64,000 bases of DNA from an uncultured delta proteobacterium (lineage in GTDB: Bacteria > Myxococcota > Kuafuiibacteriia > Kuafuiibacteriales > Kuafuiibacteriaceae): positions 1,344,001 to 1,408,000 of the forward strand of contig CAWDML010000009.1 of assembly GCA_963803435.1 (NCBI GenBank). Direction: 5' to 3'. A program made the translations under genes and the position numbers. This document shows, piece after piece, positions 60,861-64,000 of the stretch. Below the pieces are notes generated by a model that worked only from the letters and a program-made list of their open reading frames with translations, searched no databases and was not told where the DNA came from. The stretch's first letter is position 1; the number at the start of each line of letters is the position of its first letter.

Positions 60861-62429
60861 GTGAGCGACCCAAAGCGAGAGAACGGTCCCCTGCGGCCCC
60901 CGCGGGGCGCCGTGAAGGATGTGCCGGCGAGGCCGCCCGACCCCTCGCTGGCGGCCGACCTGCTGCTCGATCTCAAGCAGACCGAGCCCGACTTCGAGCC
61001 GGACTTCGTGATCACGGAGTTCATCCCGGCCGAGCCGCTCGGGGCTGAATCTCCCCTCGATCCGGATGCTTTCACCATTCAGGATCCCCAGTTCGACCCC
61101 GACGCGAGCGACGAGTCGACCCTGCGCATCGACGTGTCGACCTCACTCCCCATGGCCAAGATCCCGCCGGCGGTGACCGACATCGATCCGCCCCGGTTCC
61201 GGCTGCCTCAGCCTGAGCCTGAGCGCGCCATCACGGGCATCCCACTCGGGGGTGCGCCCGAGCCGGCGCCCGCGCAGGTTCCGCCTCCCGCGCACACACC
61301 GTCCGGCCCCACCGCGCCGGCGCCGAAGCTCAGCCTGCCGTGCCACGTCGTCGTGGTGGACGACGACCGCCGCGCCGGCGCGCAAACCGGCGCGCGGCTC
61401 ATGGAGGTGGGGTGCACGTGTCGCGCGGTCACGCTCGAGGAGTCGGCGGGCGTGCTCGATCACGCGGTTCACGTGGTGCTCCTCGAGGTGCCCGCCGCAG
61501 AAGCGCGGACCGACGCCGGCTGGGCGCGGATGTCGCGCCTCGGCGCGTGGAGGGGCCCGCTCGTCCTCACCTCGGCGGCGGTGATCGATACGCTGCCGGA
61601 GGCCGCCGGCGCCACCGTCGTCAAGCCGTACTTCATCGAAGACCTGATCGCGGCCATCGAGAAGGCGCGTCGCAAGCCGCCGCCGCCCGGCCCGGGCCGA
61701 ACGCGGGCGCGCGCGATGGATCCGATCGAGGCGATCGCACACCACGATCTCGACGCGAACGTGGTGCGGGCGATGTTCGTGCGGGCGGACGGACAGGTGA
61801 ATCGCGGCCGCGTGCGGACGATGTCCTACGACGGCGAGCTGCTGGTCTCGATGAACCAGCCGCCGCGCAAGGGGATCGAGGTCGGCGTGGAGCTGACGCT
61901 CTCCGACGGCCGCCGGATGGAGATCGGCGGGAAGATCTCCCAGTCCTCCGGCACCGACATGGAGATCGCGCTCAAGCTGGGCGACGAGGAGCGCGGGTTC
62001 GTCCACTACTTCCTCGATCAGGCGCGCGACGTGACGCAGTCCTTCGTCGAGCAGGTGCGGATCCACCAGGTGCAATCGTTGCCCTCGGCGACCGTGGACG
62101 AGAACCAGCTCGACCGCCTCTGGAAGGAGGCCGCCAGCAAGCTCGACGAGGACGACGTCCAGCAGCGCTTCATCCAGGCCTGCCTCAAGGCCCAGAAGCT
62201 CGAGCACGCGGTCAAGTGTTACCGAGAGCTCAAGCAGCAGAGCCCGGACGACGAGCGCGTGGCGCGGTACCTCCTTCAGGTGGGGACGATCCTCGGGTTC
62301 TACGCGTTCAAGAAGGAACCCCAGGTCAAGGACGACGGCGCCAAGCTTCCCATGCCGGTGAAGATCGCGATGGGCCTGTTCGTGGGTGCGGCGGTGATCC
62401 TTTGGATCATGTTGGTGGTCATGAGGTAG
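60861..62429 (+). CDS. Membrane-anchored protein with pseudo-receiver and PilZ-like domains
   Basis: Pro/acidic N-terminus, HVVVVDDD...VVLLEV...VVKPY, beta-barrel-like middle, TPR-like helix pair and C-terminal TM helix. Confidence 0.6.
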   Translation: MSDPKRENGPLRPPRGAVKDVPARPPDPSLAADLLLDLKQTEPDFEPDFVITEFIPAEPLGAESPLDPDAFTIQDPQFDPDASDESTLRIDVSTSLPMAKIPPAVTDIDPPRFRLPQPEPERAITGIPLGGAPEPAPAQVPPPAHTPSGPTAPAPKLSLPCHVVVVDDDRRAGAQTGARLMEVGCTCRAVTLEESAGVLDHAVHVVLLEVPAAEARTDAGWARMSRLGAWRGPLVLTSAAVIDTLPEAAGATVVKPYFIEDLIAAIEKARRKPPPPGPGRTRARAMDPIEAIAHHDLDANVVRAMFVRADGQVNRGRVRTMSYDGELLVSMNQPPRKGIEVGVELTLSDGRRMEIGGKISQSSGTDMEIALKLGDEERGFVHYFLDQARDVTQSFVEQVRIHQVQSLPSATVDENQLDRLWKEAASKLDEDDVQQRFIQACLKAQKLEHAVKCYRELKQQSPDDERVARYLLQVGTILGFYAFKKEPQVKDDGAKLPMPVKIAMGLFVGAAVILWIMLVVMR

Positions 62430-62437
62430 CGTGCCGC

Positions 62438-63547
62438 ATGCGCGTGCGTCTCGTCGGCCTCGCGCTCCTCTCGTTCGCCTGCAAGAGAACGCCGGAGACC
62501 CCGATCGTCATCGGGGTGGTCGAGCCGCTGACCGGCCCTCGCGCCTCCTACGGCGTGTCCGCGAAGAACGGGATCGACCTGGCGATCGCGGAGGAGAACG
62601 CAGCCGGGCGGCTGGGGCGGAAGATCGAGGTGGTGCACCTCGACGATCAGGGCGAGGGATCGATCGCCGTCGACGCCGTCCGCAGGCTGATCGCGGAGGA
62701 GCACGTCGATCTCCTGATCGGCGAGGTCGCCTCCGACGCCGCGCTGGCGATGGCGCCCGCCGCACAGCGGGCCGCCACCCCGATGTTGACGCCCGCCGCC
62801 ACCTCGCCGCGCGTGACGGACGTCGGGGACTACATCTTCCGGATCTGTTTTGCCGATCCGTTCCAAGCCGACGCGATGGCGCACTTCGCGATCCGCGAGC
62901 TCTCCCTCGACAAGGCGGCGGTGCTCCGCGATCTCGACAGCGAGTACTCGATTGATCTGGCGGAGGCCTTCGCGGCCCGCTTTACGGCCCTGGGCGGCCA
63001 CGTCGTCGCGACCGAACACTTCCAGCAGGGCGACCGCTCCTTCGCGCCGGCGCTGGAGAAGATCCGACGGGCCGGCGCCGCCGCCGTGTACGTGCCCGCC
63101 TATCACCTCGACGTGGCCCGGCTCTCGACCGAGCGCGAGCGGCTCGGCGGAGCGATCCTCCTCGGGAGCGACGGCTGGGATGCCAACGAGCTGCTGCTCA
63201 CCGCCGGGCCCGCGCTCGAAGGGAGCTACTTCACCGCCCACGTCTCGATGGACGACCCCCGCCCCGAGGTGAAGCGCTTCGTCGAGGCCTACACGAAGGA
63301 GTACAACGAGCAGCCCGACGCGACCGCAGCGCTCGGCTACGACGCGGCCCGCTATGCGCTGGCCGCGATCCGCGAGACGGGCAGCACCGACAAGGAGGAG
63401 GTCCGCGCGGCCCTCGCCGGGCTCGAAGGCTTCACCGGTGTGACGGGGCCGATCCACCTCGACGCACGGCGCGACGCGATCAAGCCGGCGGTGGTGGTGA
63501 AGATCGAGGGCGGGCGTCGCGTGTACGTGAAGAGCGTGGCGCCCTGA
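62438..63547 (+). CDS. Branched-chain amino acid ABC transporter substrate-binding lipoprotein (LivJ/K family)
   Basis: Lipobox SFAC; IGVVEPLTG, GDYIFRICFADPFQ, GSDGWD, ALGYDA and FTGVTG. Confidence 0.9.
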   Translation: MRVRLVGLALLSFACKRTPETPIVIGVVEPLTGPRASYGVSAKNGIDLAIAEENAAGRLGRKIEVVHLDDQGEGSIAVDAVRRLIAEEHVDLLIGEVASDAALAMAPAAQRAATPMLTPAATSPRVTDVGDYIFRICFADPFQADAMAHFAIRELSLDKAAVLRDLDSEYSIDLAEAFAARFTALGGHVVATEHFQQGDRSFAPALEKIRRAGAAAVYVPAYHLDVARLSTERERLGGAILLGSDGWDANELLLTAGPALEGSYFTAHVSMDDPRPEVKRFVEAYTKEYNEQPDATAALGYDAARYALAAIRETGSTDKEEVRAALAGLEGFTGVTGPIHLDARRDAIKPAVVVKIEGGRRVYVKSVAP

Positions 63548-63551
63548 GCGC

Positions 63552-64000
63552 TCAGCTGGTCGTCGAGGTCTTCTTCTTGTCGGCGAGCTCTTTGAGGTAT
63601 TCCTTCAGCGCCGGATCGTTCTTCTGGAGCAGCTGGGCGTGCTTCAAGTACTTCTCCGCCTTCACCAGATCGCCCTTCATGAAGTAGGCGCGCCCGCAGG
63701 TGCGCCAGGCGGTCGAGCTCCTCTTGTCGACCTCGAGCACCCACTTGCAGTCCTTGATCGCCTCGTCGTAGCCACCGCGCTCGAGCTCGAGGATCGCGAG
63801 GTTCGCGCGCACCGCGCCGAGGTGCGGACTGTGCTCGAGGGCCCGGATCAGCGCGTGCTCGGCCTCGTCGACGCGGCGCTCCTGATAGTACACCTGGAAG
63901 GCCGAGATGAAGATGTTCTCCGGGGCCCAGGCGTGATCGAGCGCGGCGTAGAGCGCGACCTCCGCCTTGGCGTCGTACTTCTCCGCCTTCGCCAGCCGCT
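63552..64000 (-). CDS. TPR repeat protein (5' part beyond window)
   Basis: Successive TPR motifs; the frame is open to the window end. Confidence 0.8.
   Translation of the reverse strand, partial: RLAKAEKYDAKAEVALYAALDHAWAPENIFISAFQVYYQERRVDEAEHALIRALEHSPHLGAVRANLAILELERGGYDEAIKDCKWVLEVDKRSSTAWRTCGRAYFMKGDLVKAEKYLKHAQLLQKNDPALKEYLKELADKKKTSTTS

Overview
High-GC, gene-dense bacterial DNA, most likely Myxococcota. That assignment is inferred from a MYXO-CTERM-anchored enzyme, a CglD-like lipoprotein, a DUF6178-like protein, three eukaryotic-type Ser/Thr kinases and Cys-rich lipoproteins. Many genes carry single-base frameshifts typical of unpolished long-read or metagenomic consensus; they are very dense in sdhAB. 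Contents in order: flavin amine oxidase, sdhCAB, DUF6178 plus kinase, Cys-rich lipoproteins, an FGE-fold lipoprotein, a stand-alone sigma70 region-4-like protein followed by a kinase-STAND ATPase-TPR gene, an exact 88-bp x3 hairpin-rich tandem repeat, a small alarmone hydrolase, a GH31 enzyme, a ccm operon (CxxxY-type CcmE, extra genes), engB, a PEGA/Kelch/giant outer-membrane protein cluster, leucine dehydrogenase, GH1, Lon, a CglD-like gene plus kinase, an RsbW/RsbV/FHA-GAF-PP2C partner-switch module, a sugar transferase, a circularly permuted SpoIVB(S55)-like peptidase with a beta-propeller partner, a LivK-like binding protein and a partial TPR gene. I saw no rRNA, tRNA, CRISPR array or transposase. 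The strongest candidate for a new system is the sigma4-only protein plus STAND kinase, which is followed by the 88-bp mini-hairpin array. All family assignments come from motif recognition by eye; no searches were run.
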